From positions 1 to 64,000 of IMG/VR virus record IMGVR_UViG_3300048597_000457: 64,000 bases of DNA; one strand, given 5' to 3'. Origin of the DNA: a virus. A program made the position numbers and the translations under genes. Below, in pieces: positions 32,852 through 40,898 of the stretch (the stretch's first letter is position 1; each line of letters opens with the position of its first letter). Under the pieces are notes generated by a model, which saw only the letters and a list, made by a program, of their open reading frames with translations, made no database searches and had not been told where the DNA came from.

Positions 32852-32860
32852 GGGGCGGCC

Positions 32861-33832
32861 TCAGGCGAGAAATCGCGTCGCGGGATCCAGTGCGACCACG
32901 CGCGCTGGCGTGCTCTCGGGGAGCACGGAGCCGTATGCGGTCTGCGCCAACCAGCGCATCCGCTCGTCGGCGTCACTGGCCAGGCATTCGGTGAACCACG
33001 CCTTGAACGTCTTAAAGCGCGCGCCTGCCTTCGTCGGATCGTTCCAGCGGTAGCCGTTCACGCTGAGCTGATCCTTCACTTCGAACGGCGCGCCGTGCGC
33101 GATGATTCGCACACGAGGTGCCAGCGCACTGGTGAGCAGCAGTTCGAAGGGCGTCTGCCCGTTCTCAAACGGTGTGGCCAGCACGTGCGCCGTGGCCGCG
33201 ACATCTCGCCCGGCATCATGACCGCGAAAGTGTGCGTTGGTGTGATCCTGCAGCAGGCTGCCTAGTCGCGCGGACTCAAGGCCGCGCGTGCGCCACGGGA
33301 TATCGTCGATCGAGCAGCCCCACCCATAGGCGCGCAGCAACGGGAACCGGCGCACCAGAATGGGCGCGTCAAACGCGGCCTTGTGAGCGATCAGCAATCG
33401 CGCGTCGCGGACGACGGCCAGAATCTCCGCGTCCGTGATGCGAGGGCGCCCGGCGAGTTGTTCGGGCGTGATGCCGTGCACCGCGAGGGCGCCTGCGCTG
33501 ATGGGCCGTTTGGGCTCCTCCAGCGCCGTCCATGGACGGTCGACGCGTCGGATCGTGCCGCGGCGCGCGTCAAAGTGCACGCGCAGCAGCGCGACCTGGA
33601 CGATCTCGTCGACCGTGACATCGTCGCCGGTGGTCTCGACGTCGGCGATCACCGCAATCTGTTCGTCCGCGGGATCCTCGAGCGGCCGATCGTCGTAGGT
33701 GCGGGCCCCGGCTTCGAACGGCGCCAAGACCCGATAGCCGGCGCGGGTGAGCGTCGCCGTCGCATGGTCGATCTCGTGGTCGTCGGTGAGATCGCACTCG
33801 TCCAAGAATGCTTGCACAGGGTCGATGGTCAT
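32861..33832 (-). CDS. DnaQ-like DEDDh 3'-5' exonuclease with C-terminal extension
   Basis: Exo I is IADVETTG, Exo II is ...VHGIT..., and Exo III is ...HKAAFD... / HFRGHDAGRDV. Start ATG 33832 (ATGA overlap). Confidence 0.7.
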   Translation of the reverse strand: MTIDPVQAFLDECDLTDDHEIDHATATLTRAGYRVLAPFEAGARTYDDRPLEDPADEQIAVIADVETTGDDVTVDEIVQVALLRVHFDARRGTIRRVDRPWTALEEPKRPISAGALAVHGITPEQLAGRPRITDAEILAVVRDARLLIAHKAAFDAPILVRRFPLLRAYGWGCSIDDIPWRTRGLESARLGSLLQDHTNAHFRGHDAGRDVAATAHVLATPFENGQTPFELLLTSALAPRVRIIAHGAPFEVKDQLSVNGYRWNDPTKAGARFKTFKAWFTECLASDADERMRWLAQTAYGSVLPESTPARVVALDPATRFLA

Positions 33833-34197
33833 CGCACTCCACCGAGCCACGAGGAATTGCACGGTGACGCCAGATCCGAGAGATCCGCCGGGCTGACTTC
33901 GGGGATGTGCTCGACGCGCGTGAGCCGGAGCATCCCCACCGTCAGACGCAACGTCGGTGGCGCGCCGTCCATCTGCTGCATCGGCACCCGCTTGCGCAGG
34001 GCGCCGTCGGCGGACACGTACACCGCCACATAGCGCATCCGCTGGCCACAGTCCATCGTCGGCACGGCGTCGCGCAGTCTTTGCGCTTTGCGCGCGAGCC
34101 GCTCCGACTCCTCGCGCTCGGCCAGGTCGTAGTCATCGCACACGCACGCCTGTTCGTCGCACCCGGCGCAGCGGTACGTCTCCATGATCGAGCTCAT
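33829..34197 (-). CDS. hypothetical Cys-rich protein
   Basis: 122 aa; N-terminal CAGCDEQACVC. Confidence 0.45.
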   Translation of the reverse strand: MSSIMETYRCAGCDEQACVCDDYDLAEREESERLARKAQRLRDAVPTMDCGQRMRYVAVYVSADGALRKRVPMQQMDGAPPTLRLTVGMLRLTRVEHIPEVSPADLSDLASPCNSSWLGGVR

Positions 34198-34538
34198 GGG
34201 TGCTCCATCGGTGAAGGGGCATCCAGCACGCGCGCGCCAAAGCGCTCACGCGCCCCCGGCGTGCCGTACGCGATTTGCTCCGCCATCAGCTGTTCGGCCA
34301 AGCGGTGCAGGAGCCGCACGAGATACCACCGCCGCGATCCGATGCGGCGATAGGGCAGCTGTGCGAACGGAATCTTGAGCAGCAGCTCGGGGCTGATGCC
34401 GACGACGCGCGCGGCATCGTCGGTTTGCACCGCCACCGGCGCGACTTCAATGGTGACGCGACCGCGCCGGGCGCGCACCATCGGCGCGTCCGGCGACAAG
34501 TCGCTGGTGGAGTCTGGGAAGGAGGGAGCGTCGATCAT
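34194..34538 (-). CDS. putative excisionase/MerR-type HTH DNA-binding protein
   Basis: DDAARVVGISPELLLKIPFAQLPYRRIGSRRWYLVRLLHRL. Confidence 0.45.
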   Translation of the reverse strand: MIDAPSFPDSTSDLSPDAPMVRARRGRVTIEVAPVAVQTDDAARVVGISPELLLKIPFAQLPYRRIGSRRWYLVRLLHRLAEQLMAEQIAYGTPGARERFGARVLDAPSPMEHP

Positions 34539-34541
34539 CGA

Positions 34542-35066
34542 TCAGAACGGCAGATCGTCGTCGTCATCCAACAGCGCGTCCGGGAAGTCGCTGAAGTCGT
34601 CACCGCTCCCGCTGTTGCTGGCGCCCGTCTGCGCTTTCGCGTGCTGCCGATTGATCGCGCGCTGACCGCTCGCCTTCTGCGCGGACGCCGGCGCACTCGT
34701 TCCTGGCTCGCCCTCGTCGCGGCGCCCACCGAGCAACAGCAGCTCGCGCACCTTGATCTCGGTCACGGTGCGTTCGGTTTCGTCCTTATCGGTGTAGCGG
34801 CGATACTCGATCTCACCTTCAACGTAGAGCTTGGCGCCCTTGGTCACGTGGTCTGCGACAATGTCGGCCAACGTGTAGCGCCCTTGGTTCCACGCGATGC
34901 ACCGATGCCATTCGGTCTTCTCCTGCTTGGCGCCGCTGCCATCCGTCCACTGACGCGACGTCGCGAGCGAGAACGCGGCGACACGGTTGCCGTTGGCGGT
35001 GGTGCGCACGTCGGGCGCGTTCCCGACATTGCCGATCAGCATCACGCGATTGAGCGAGCGGCTCAT
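34542..35066 (-). CDS. ssb: single-stranded DNA-binding protein
   Basis: LNRVMLIGNVGNAPDVRTT.NG..VA.FSLAT...W...G...E.TEWH...W (OB fold) and an acidic tail ending DDDDDLPF. Confidence 0.92.
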   Translation of the reverse strand: MSRSLNRVMLIGNVGNAPDVRTTANGNRVAAFSLATSRQWTDGSGAKQEKTEWHRCIAWNQGRYTLADIVADHVTKGAKLYVEGEIEYRRYTDKDETERTVTEIKVRELLLLGGRRDEGEPGTSAPASAQKASGQRAINRQHAKAQTGASNSGSGDDFSDFPDALLDDDDDLPF

Positions 35067-36406
35067 ACGGCAGCTCCCGCTTCGACCGCGGCGTTGAGCG
35101 GCAGATCGTCATCATCGGGGAGTGGCGCCTCGTCGACTGGCGGCGTCGATGCCTCGGTGGCCACGCGATCTTCGATCACCAGATTCACCGCCGCGAGCAG
35201 ACGCGCGCGGCCTTTGTCGATCGCGAGCTGTCGGATCGTGGCGAGCTGCTCGACCTCGCACTCGCCGAGCACCACCTCGCCACTCCGCAGCTTCACGCGT
35301 GTGGCGGCGGCCTCGCTCAGCGTGATGCTGTGTTCACTGACATCCGAACTCACGGACGACTGCGCCGATTCAACGGCACCCGGTGACGCGACCTCCGCGG
35401 CCGATTCCGCTGCGGGCTCGGCTTGCGCGTCATCTGGTACGTCGGGTGCAGATGCCTCGTCCGACGACTCGTGCTCGTCCGCGCTCGTGGCGGCCTCTTC
35501 GGCCTCGCGATCTGCGATCAGGAGTTCGGCCGCTCGCACAAACTCCGGACGGTCTTTGCTGCGCGCCCACACCAAGACACGGCGGAGATAATCCGTGTCG
35601 CACTCCCCCAAGATCGCCGTGCCCCCGTTGGGCTTCGGCATCTTCATGGCCGCCGCCTCGCCCAACGTCATCGCGTCGAGCGGATTTACCTTTACGCGCG
35701 GTGTGGCGCCGGACTGGAGCCACGAGGCCACCCGCACGCCAGGGCGATCAATGCGGATGTCGATGAGCTGCCCATCGAACAACCCCGTGCGATCTTTGGT
35801 GGCCGTTGCGATGTGCTGCATGTTCAGATCGAAGACGACGGAGAATTCAAACTCCATCCCTTCGCCGGTAATTGGCGCCATGCCGAGCTTCTCGACCACC
35901 TTCTTTCCGTTGCGCTCGGACTGGACATACTCGTGCCGCGAGCGCATGCACGCGATGATGTGGATCGGCGCGTGCAACACATGCGCGACGAACTTGCGGT
36001 GTTCTTCTTTGTACTTCTGCCAGAGCGCGAAGCCATTCACGTTGGGGCCACTGCGGCGCTCTTCGATCGTCTTGCGATCCAGGATCCCCCCAGACCCTTC
36101 CCACTGATGACTGATCGAATCGATCACCAACGCATCGTACCCGGCCGCGACGGCCGCATCGATGGCGTCCATGTACCGCTGGGAGGTGTAGGGCGGGGCG
36201 ATATCGAGCGCGTCGAAATCGTACAGGTCGCCGTAGAGGGACGCGCTCTCGTTCTCGGTGTCGATGCACGCAATCCGCCCGTGCTCACCGACCAACTGCC
36301 GCCCGAACGCCAAAGCGTTGTCGGTCTTGCCGCTGCCGGCGGGTCCGGTGATGCCGATCTTGACCTTGACCTTCTCGCGCGTCGCCTTCTTGAACTGCAG
36401 TGTCAT
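35063..36406 (-). CDS. Sak4-like (AAA_24) RecA-fold recombination ATPase with acidic C-terminal extension
   Basis: VKIGITGPAGSGKT (Walker A), ...YDALVIDSISHQWE (Walker B), ...IIACMR.... Adjacent and coupled to ssb. Confidence 0.7.
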   Translation of the reverse strand: MTLQFKKATREKVKVKIGITGPAGSGKTDNALAFGRQLVGEHGRIACIDTENESASLYGDLYDFDALDIAPPYTSQRYMDAIDAAVAAGYDALVIDSISHQWEGSGGILDRKTIEERRSGPNVNGFALWQKYKEEHRKFVAHVLHAPIHIIACMRSRHEYVQSERNGKKVVEKLGMAPITGEGMEFEFSVVFDLNMQHIATATKDRTGLFDGQLIDIRIDRPGVRVASWLQSGATPRVKVNPLDAMTLGEAAAMKMPKPNGGTAILGECDTDYLRRVLVWARSKDRPEFVRAAELLIADREAEEAATSADEHESSDEASAPDVPDDAQAEPAAESAAEVASPGAVESAQSSVSSDVSEHSITLSEAAATRVKLRSGEVVLGECEVEQLATIRQLAIDKGRARLLAAVNLVIEDRVATEASTPPVDEAPLPDDDDLPLNAAVEAGAAV

Positions 36407-36481
36407 GCTGATGCCCTCGGGATGCTACGTGGTGTGGTGTGTGTTCGGTGCTGCTTTGTAGCGGACCTACATGTTCCCCAT

Positions 36482-36556
36482 GCCTCGCCACGCCGCGCCA
36501 AGCCGAGCGACGCGGCGCCAAGGCTCGCCTAGCCTCGCCTGCCCAGCCACGCCGAG
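36482..36556. repeat. phased pentanucleotide tract (GCCNN) x about 15
   Basis: gcctc gccac gccgc gccaa gccga gcgac gcggc gccaa ggctc gccta gcctc gcctg cccag ccacg ccgag. Lies in the gap between 36567..37010 and the Sak4-like start (36406). Confidence 0.75.
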
Positions 36557-36566
36557 TGGTGGCGCT

Positions 36567-37010
36567 CTATGCGGCGGTCAAATCGGACAGCGCATCCCAC
36601 GCGCTGCGCAACTCTTCCAGATGGCCGTACTTCCTCTGCAGAGCCGCCAGTTCGGTGAGCGCATCGCGAAGCAGCGTCTCACGCTGCTCGTCGTCGTCAA
36701 GCACCTGCATGATCGGTCGGTACGCACCAGACGACTCGCGATCCGAGGACAGCGAGACGAACGCGCGTACCGTGATCGGCGGACCATCTGGCCGCGGGAC
36801 CATCGTCACCACCGCGCGCAGGTATTTCGCCGCCTGCGACTCTCGGTAGAGCTGTGCGGCCTCGTCGTTATCCCACAGGAACAGCGAGTGCAGAGCAGTC
36901 GCCTCGTTCGCGGCGAAGGCGACAATCTGCTTCGGCGTGATGGTGCCGCCGCTCTCCTCGACCAGCGCGGTCAGTTCTTCGCGACGACGCGCGGCAAGAT
37001 CGCGAATCAT
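36567..37010 (-). CDS. hypothetical protein
   Basis: 147 aa from ATG 37010 (ATGA overlap): MIRDLAARRREELTALVEESGG.... Confidence 0.5.
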   Translation of the reverse strand: MIRDLAARRREELTALVEESGGTITPKQIVAFAANEATALHSLFLWDNDEAAQLYRESQAAKYLRAVVTMVPRPDGPPITVRAFVSLSSDRESSGAYRPIMQVLDDDEQRETLLRDALTELAALQRKYGHLEELRSAWDALSDLTAA

Positions 37011-37666
37011 GCGGACTGCTCCACGGTGAACGTGCCGAAGCCGAGACCCGCTGATTTCTTCGAGAACGGACGGCCTTCTCCCACGCCGACCTGCATCCCC
37101 GCGCGCATCAGCAGGTTGACGACATCCGTCGGCGTGAACTGATCGGCGTCGAAGAAGATCCGGACATCGGCAGCCCACTTACGCCACATCGGACGGGCAC
37201 GAATGTCGACCACGCCCGTTGCGTTGCGGACCATCATCGTGGACATCTCAGGCTCATCGGCCAAGATCTTCACGAGCGGGGTGCCATCTTCGATATCAAT
37301 GCCGTCCTCTTCACAGAACACGGCCATCTTGGCGCGCGTCATCTCGAACTGGACCAGACGACAGGCATCAATCATTGCGTTGCGAAACGCGGGGCACGGG
37401 ATACCACACCATCCCTCCGCGCTTCGATGCTGCGCGGCCTTGAAGTCGGAGACGAAGTCGCGCGCGGGCTTCGCCTTCTTCCCCTTCGCCGTGCTCCCTT
37501 GTTCTTGGTTGTGCATTACATCGCCCTTCTTCCAGAACCGGTGCTGGAGATAGGGCGTCTTGCCGGTGATGCGCACCGCCAACGTTTGAAAATTGGGTCG
37601 CGTGATCGTGATCTGTTTCGCCAACGCGTGATCTTCGGCGTCGGTCGTGGGGGATTTCTTCGCCAT
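37007..37666 (-). CDS. hypothetical protein (first gene of the recombination operon)
   Basis: 219 aa from ATG 37666, with GGAG 9 nt upstream: MAKKSPTTDAEDHALAKQITITRPNF.... The ORF-track extension upstream runs into the non-coding GCCNN tract. Confidence 0.55.
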   Translation of the reverse strand: MAKKSPTTDAEDHALAKQITITRPNFQTLAVRITGKTPYLQHRFWKKGDVMHNQEQGSTAKGKKAKPARDFVSDFKAAQHRSAEGWCGIPCPAFRNAMIDACRLVQFEMTRAKMAVFCEEDGIDIEDGTPLVKILADEPEMSTMMVRNATGVVDIRARPMWRKWAADVRIFFDADQFTPTDVVNLLMRAGMQVGVGEGRPFSKKSAGLGFGTFTVEQSA

Positions 37667-37740
37667 CGGTTTGCTCCGTTGCGATCCGTGATCGCTCTGT
37701 GTGATCCGCCACCGGTTGTGGTCGGAGTACTGCGTGCATC

Positions 37741-37988
37741 CCGCGTCGCGTCGCGCCGCGCCTGGCCACGCCGCGCCTTGCCAAGCCGCGCCCGGCCAGG
37801 CCAAGCCTCTCCAGGCCAGGTCCCGCCTCGCCTGCCAAGCCGAGCCTTGCAGAGCCTTGCCCGGCCGCGCCAGGCCCGGCCGAGCCTAGCCATGCCTGCC
37901 TTGCCACTCCCGGCCAAGCCAGGGCTTGCCAAGGCTCGCCCAGTCTTGCCTGCCATGCCGCGACCCTTGCCGAGCCTAGCCTCGGGCG
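37741..37988. repeat. phased pentanucleotide tract (GCCNN) x about 48
   Basis: gcctg gccac gccgc gcctt gccaa gccgc gcccg gccag gccaa gcctc ..., with one phase slip near 37836, continuing to ...ccgag cctag cctcg. The period of 5 is incompatible with coding. Confidence 0.8.
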
Positions 37989-38093
37989 CCCTACCGAGAA
38001 CCGAGTTCTCGTCCTACTTTCCATGCGGTGTGTTGGGGGTGTGAAACTCCTCGGGATGCACCGACAAATCCGCTCTGTGGTGGGGCGGTCCGT

Positions 38094-38121
38094 GCGGCTG
38101 GCGACTTCGGTTGCCGGCCGC
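38094..38121 (+). other. 12-bp stem / UUCG-tetraloop hairpin in a 0.7-kb non-coding region
   Basis: GCGGCTGGCGAC-TTCG-GTTGCCGGCCGC. Two positions are G-U wobbles on the plus-strand RNA but C-A mismatches on the minus-strand RNA. Confidence 0.4.
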
Positions 38122-38236
38122 ACGTGTCGTTTGCTGGTGTGGTGTCCAACCGTGGATCTGTGGCACGAGCGCCATGCTGAAGGCCGGCGTCGTTGCGTTG
38201 CTCGCAATGCGGGTGCATCGTGCGGACGTGGACAGG

Positions 38237-38257
38237 CCCTGAAACGGGCTGCAGCGG
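38237..38257 (+). repeat. 21-bp perfect direct repeat, copy 1 (CCCTGAAACGGGCTGCAGCGG)
   Basis: Identical to 42230-42250. Lies in non-coding DNA upstream of 38381..38872. Confidence 0.85.
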
Positions 38258-38380
38258 TGTCTGGGGAGCGACCGCGACCACTATTGGCGCTCCGACGTCA
38301 CGCGCGGTCCCGATCCTGCGCGGTCGAGCGCCAGCCCCCCGCTGTGCCTGTTCCCCCTTTCGAGGCGTCACCACCGCCAC

Positions 38381-38872
38381 ATGCCTTCCCCCAAAGCCGT
38401 CCGGCCGGCCACCAAGACGCCAGCCCGCACCCACGAGTCCACGCGCTGCGGACCGCTCCAGCAAGCCATCGCGAATCGCGCGCGCATCGTCCTGAGTCTC
38501 TGCGACCAGCGCGCTGAAACCGCCCTCTCGCTGCCGGTCGTCGCGGCGGGCATGAGCCGCTATCTGGACCGCGCGGACTACCAAGAGCACTCGATGGTGA
38601 GTCGCCTGCTGCGTGCGCACCGGAACTGGCGACCCGAGCACCTGTACGCCCTGACCCAGTTCGCCACGGAGTTCGGCCTGATCGTCGACCCGGGTTGGCT
38701 GGCCTTCGGACCGGACAGTGATGCGAGCGTCCCCGTCGTGCCCGCGGATTGTCCGATGCGACCCGACACCACCCTGACGGGTCCCGATGGCCATCCGATC
38801 GTGCGCCGGAGCGGACGCACCCTCGCTCAGTTGATCCGCACACGAACCGGCGCCACCCGATCCCGCGCATGA
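38381..38872 (+). CDS. hypothetical protein, possibly regulatory (plus strand)
   Basis: 163 aa with high third-position GC and a protein-like sequence (..HLYALTQFATEFGLIVDPGWLAFG..). The overlapping minus-strand ORFs are Arg/Gly/Ala-rich noise. Weak HTH resemblance only. Confidence 0.45.
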   Translation: MPSPKAVRPATKTPARTHESTRCGPLQQAIANRARIVLSLCDQRAETALSLPVVAAGMSRYLDRADYQEHSMVSRLLRAHRNWRPEHLYALTQFATEFGLIVDPGWLAFGPDSDASVPVVPADCPMRPDTTLTGPDGHPIVRRSGRTLAQLIRTRTGATRSRA

Positions 38873-38886
38873 CATCGGCATCCGCA

Positions 38887-39729
38887 TCACGCGCCCCCCG
38901 CGATGGCCGAGGACCGGTGCCGCAGGCGGCACGGCTGATCCTCCACCATGGTCCGGTAGAATTGGCGCCAATCCTCCGACACGACGGTCGGCGGATCCAC
39001 GCGCTCATAGCCACGCACTTCCGCGACCCGTCTCGCGGGGACCGCCTGCATGACGGCTTCGGCCTTGAAACGCTCGTCGCCGCGCAGGGTCGGGCCGGTG
39101 CCATAGCCCGACATCCGCCGCAGCGCGTCGAAGCGCCGGACGAGGGGTTCGCGCAGCAGATAGCGGTTGTCGTAGACCTCGCCGTACAGGACCCCTCGAG
39201 CGATCCCGTCGAGGACACGGCCGCGGGACCAGCCCAACAGGCGCCCCGCCTCACTCAGCGCGATCAGTCTCTCCCCGTTGATCGCGCAGGGCGTCTCGTC
39301 GGCCCAGCGCGGGAGGAATGCCGCATACTCGACGCGGGTGAACGAGGCGGGATCGCGCGAGGGGCGACCGGTGCGCTGCCAAGCTCGGGACGCGCGCCGC
39401 TGCGCGAACTGCACCGACCACGCAGTATTGGCGCGGCACCACGCCGTCATCGTGAGCGGCGTGCCCATGCACGGCTCGTCGTACGGCACGCCGCGAAAGA
39501 CGCCGCGTGGGACGTGGCCGGTGCGCACGCGCGCTTCAAGCGACCGGCGCGAAAACCGGATCTCGTCGTTCGTGAGCAGCCACTCGACGCCCCCCCACGT
39601 CAGCGCGTAGTGCAGCCGGACAGCCGGAATACCCAGCCGTCGGCAGACGACAGACTCCGACAGATGCTCGTCGTTCTGGGCAGGCATCAGACGGCGGTCT
39701 CCCGGTCGGCGTCCAAGCGGTGTCGGCAT
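38887..39729 (-). CDS. DNA-binding protein with two excisionase-type HTH segments
   Basis: LSESVVCRRLGIPAVRLHYALTWGGVEW and LSEAGRLLGWSRGRVLDGIARGVLYGEV. An alternative start is ATG 39687. Confidence 0.5.
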   Translation of the reverse strand: MPTPLGRRPGDRRLMPAQNDEHLSESVVCRRLGIPAVRLHYALTWGGVEWLLTNDEIRFSRRSLEARVRTGHVPRGVFRGVPYDEPCMGTPLTMTAWCRANTAWSVQFAQRRASRAWQRTGRPSRDPASFTRVEYAAFLPRWADETPCAINGERLIALSEAGRLLGWSRGRVLDGIARGVLYGEVYDNRYLLREPLVRRFDALRRMSGYGTGPTLRGDERFKAEAVMQAVPARRVAEVRGYERVDPPTVVSEDWRQFYRTMVEDQPCRLRHRSSAIAGGA

Positions 39730-39731
39730 GG

Positions 39732-39977
39732 TCAGACAGCGCCCGAAGGGGCGACTGCGGCTGCGCGCGCGGCATTCGCCCGCTCCGCTTCTCGTTCGGC
39801 TGCCACGCGCTCGGCGTCTTCGCGATGGACAAACAGCAAATTGCCCACCATCTGGCCCCGGATTTCCTCCCGCGCAACCATCGCTACGACGGTCGGGCGA
39901 CTGACGCCAATCAACCTTGCAGCGTCCTGTCCCCGCATCAGATGGTCAAGCATCTTGCGCTGTTCTGTGTCGCTCAT
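39732..39977 (-). CDS. excisionase-family HTH protein in Cro position
   Basis: 81 aa; LMRGQDAARLIGVSRPTVVAMVAREEIRGQMVGNLLFVHREDAER. Divergent from the XRE gene at 40060. Confidence 0.6.
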   Translation of the reverse strand: MSDTEQRKMLDHLMRGQDAARLIGVSRPTVVAMVAREEIRGQMVGNLLFVHREDAERVAAEREAERANAARAAAVAPSGAV

Positions 39978-40059
39978 AGGCTTCCCGTGGTTGCGCGTGC
40001 GTTTCGGGATGAAAGGCCCGCACTAGCGTTCGGGTACACCTTATACCATCAACATTCGC

Positions 40060-40566
40060 GTGTCAAGCGAAACTTTCGCACTCTATAGGTATCCGCGCTT
40101 CCGCGATGAGCTCCGTGGCGGGATGGAGCGACAAAAGGTGACTGGTAGAGCCCTCGCCGCCGAGTGTGATGTTGGAGAGCAGGCGGTCAGCGCCTGGCGT
40201 GCGGGGCGTTACCGTCCGCCCATCGATCGACTGAAGATCATCGAGCGAATGTTGAGCGTGCCACTAGAAGCATTGCTGGCAGATGATCTCTATGAGGCGG
40301 GGGAGGTCCACACGCCGCGGCCCGTTCACGAGCCCAAGGCTCGCTACGGCGTTGAGCAGGCCGTGATGATCGCGCTGGCCAGCAATGCCGTTTCCGTCAA
40401 CCGAAGCTTGAAGTCGGCGCTCGCGATCAGCGAAGAACTACTATCCGACGTGACCCGAGTGATCGCATCGCCGGCCGATCTGACAGACGCCCAGAGAAGT
40501 GCGGTGCTCGCTACGCTGCTACGATCGCGCGAAGCGCCGCCTGATTCAGCAGCTGGAGGTCAATGA
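40060..40566 (+). CDS. XRE-family HTH regulator in CI-repressor position
   Basis: KVTGRALAAECDVGEQAVSAWRAGRYRPPIDRLKIIERMLSVPLEALL. The start is either GTG 40060 or the in-frame ATG 40123. Confidence 0.65.
   Translation: MSSETFALYRYPRFRDELRGGMERQKVTGRALAAECDVGEQAVSAWRAGRYRPPIDRLKIIERMLSVPLEALLADDLYEAGEVHTPRPVHEPKARYGVEQAVMIALASNAVSVNRSLKSALAISEELLSDVTRVIASPADLTDAQRSAVLATLLRSREAPPDSAAGGQ
40067..40079. promoter_or_regulatory. perfect palindrome GCGAAA-C-TTTCGC in the divergent switch region
   Basis: Read directly from the sequence. TTTCG/CGAAA half-sites recur nearby (40001-40016). Confidence 0.4.
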
Positions 40567-40780
40567 CACCATCCGCATCAAGTACCAAGAGCATTCCGTA
40601 TAGCGCGCCCGGGGAGACAGCGACCGAACGCAGCTCCTTGGTCCCGGTGCAGTTCCACACGACGATCGTCCGGATTCGATCGCTCGGCACCACCACGAGT
40701 ATTTCCCCGGGGGCAGCGAGCACCGGGGCGATCATTGAAAGTCTAACGTTCGCGATGTAGGCGACTGACGGGATGTGCAT
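40511..40780 (-). CDS. hypothetical protein
   Basis: 89 aa (MHIPSVAYIANVRLSMIAPVLAAPGEILVVVPSD...), convergent with the XRE gene. It competes with the plus-strand ORF 40563..40760. Confidence 0.4.
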   Translation of the reverse strand: MHIPSVAYIANVRLSMIAPVLAAPGEILVVVPSDRIRTIVVWNCTGTKELRSVAVSPGALYGMLLVLDADGVIDLQLLNQAALRAIVAA

Positions 40781-40898
40781 TTTGAAGGAGAGCCTATGAA
40801 GATTGTCCGTACATACACCGAAGGTGCGGCATTCTGAATCGTCTGGCAATCCCGCCAGCATCGCAGCATGTCGAAAACTGTGGATAGTGGGGGAAAGG

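Noticed and set aside
37368-39254. Minus-strand ORFs 37368..38207, 37991..38971 and 38298..39254 (279-326 aa), which cover the gene-free region and the plus-strand gene.
   Set aside because: They run through the 5-bp-periodic GCCNN tract, which cannot be coding, and give low-complexity Arg/Gly/Ala/Pro sequence. The plus-strand ORF 38381..38872 has the better codon third-position GC and a protein-like sequence.
40563-40760. Plus-strand ORF (65 aa) starting with an ATGA overlap on the XRE gene stop, preceded by GGAGG.
   Set aside because: The product is Ser/Thr-rich low complexity and the SD-ATG spacing is only 3 nt. The overlapping minus-strand ORF 40511..40780 gives a more protein-like sequence. 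The choice remains uncertain, so the minus-strand ORF is reported with low confidence.
40796-40837. A 13-codon plus-strand mini-ORF (MKIVRTYTEGAAF) with a strong AGGAG Shine-Dalgarno sequence 5 nt upstream, ahead of the secreted-protein gene.
   Set aside because: It is too short to support from sequence alone. It could be a leader peptide or chance. It is flagged only as something ribosome profiling could resolve.
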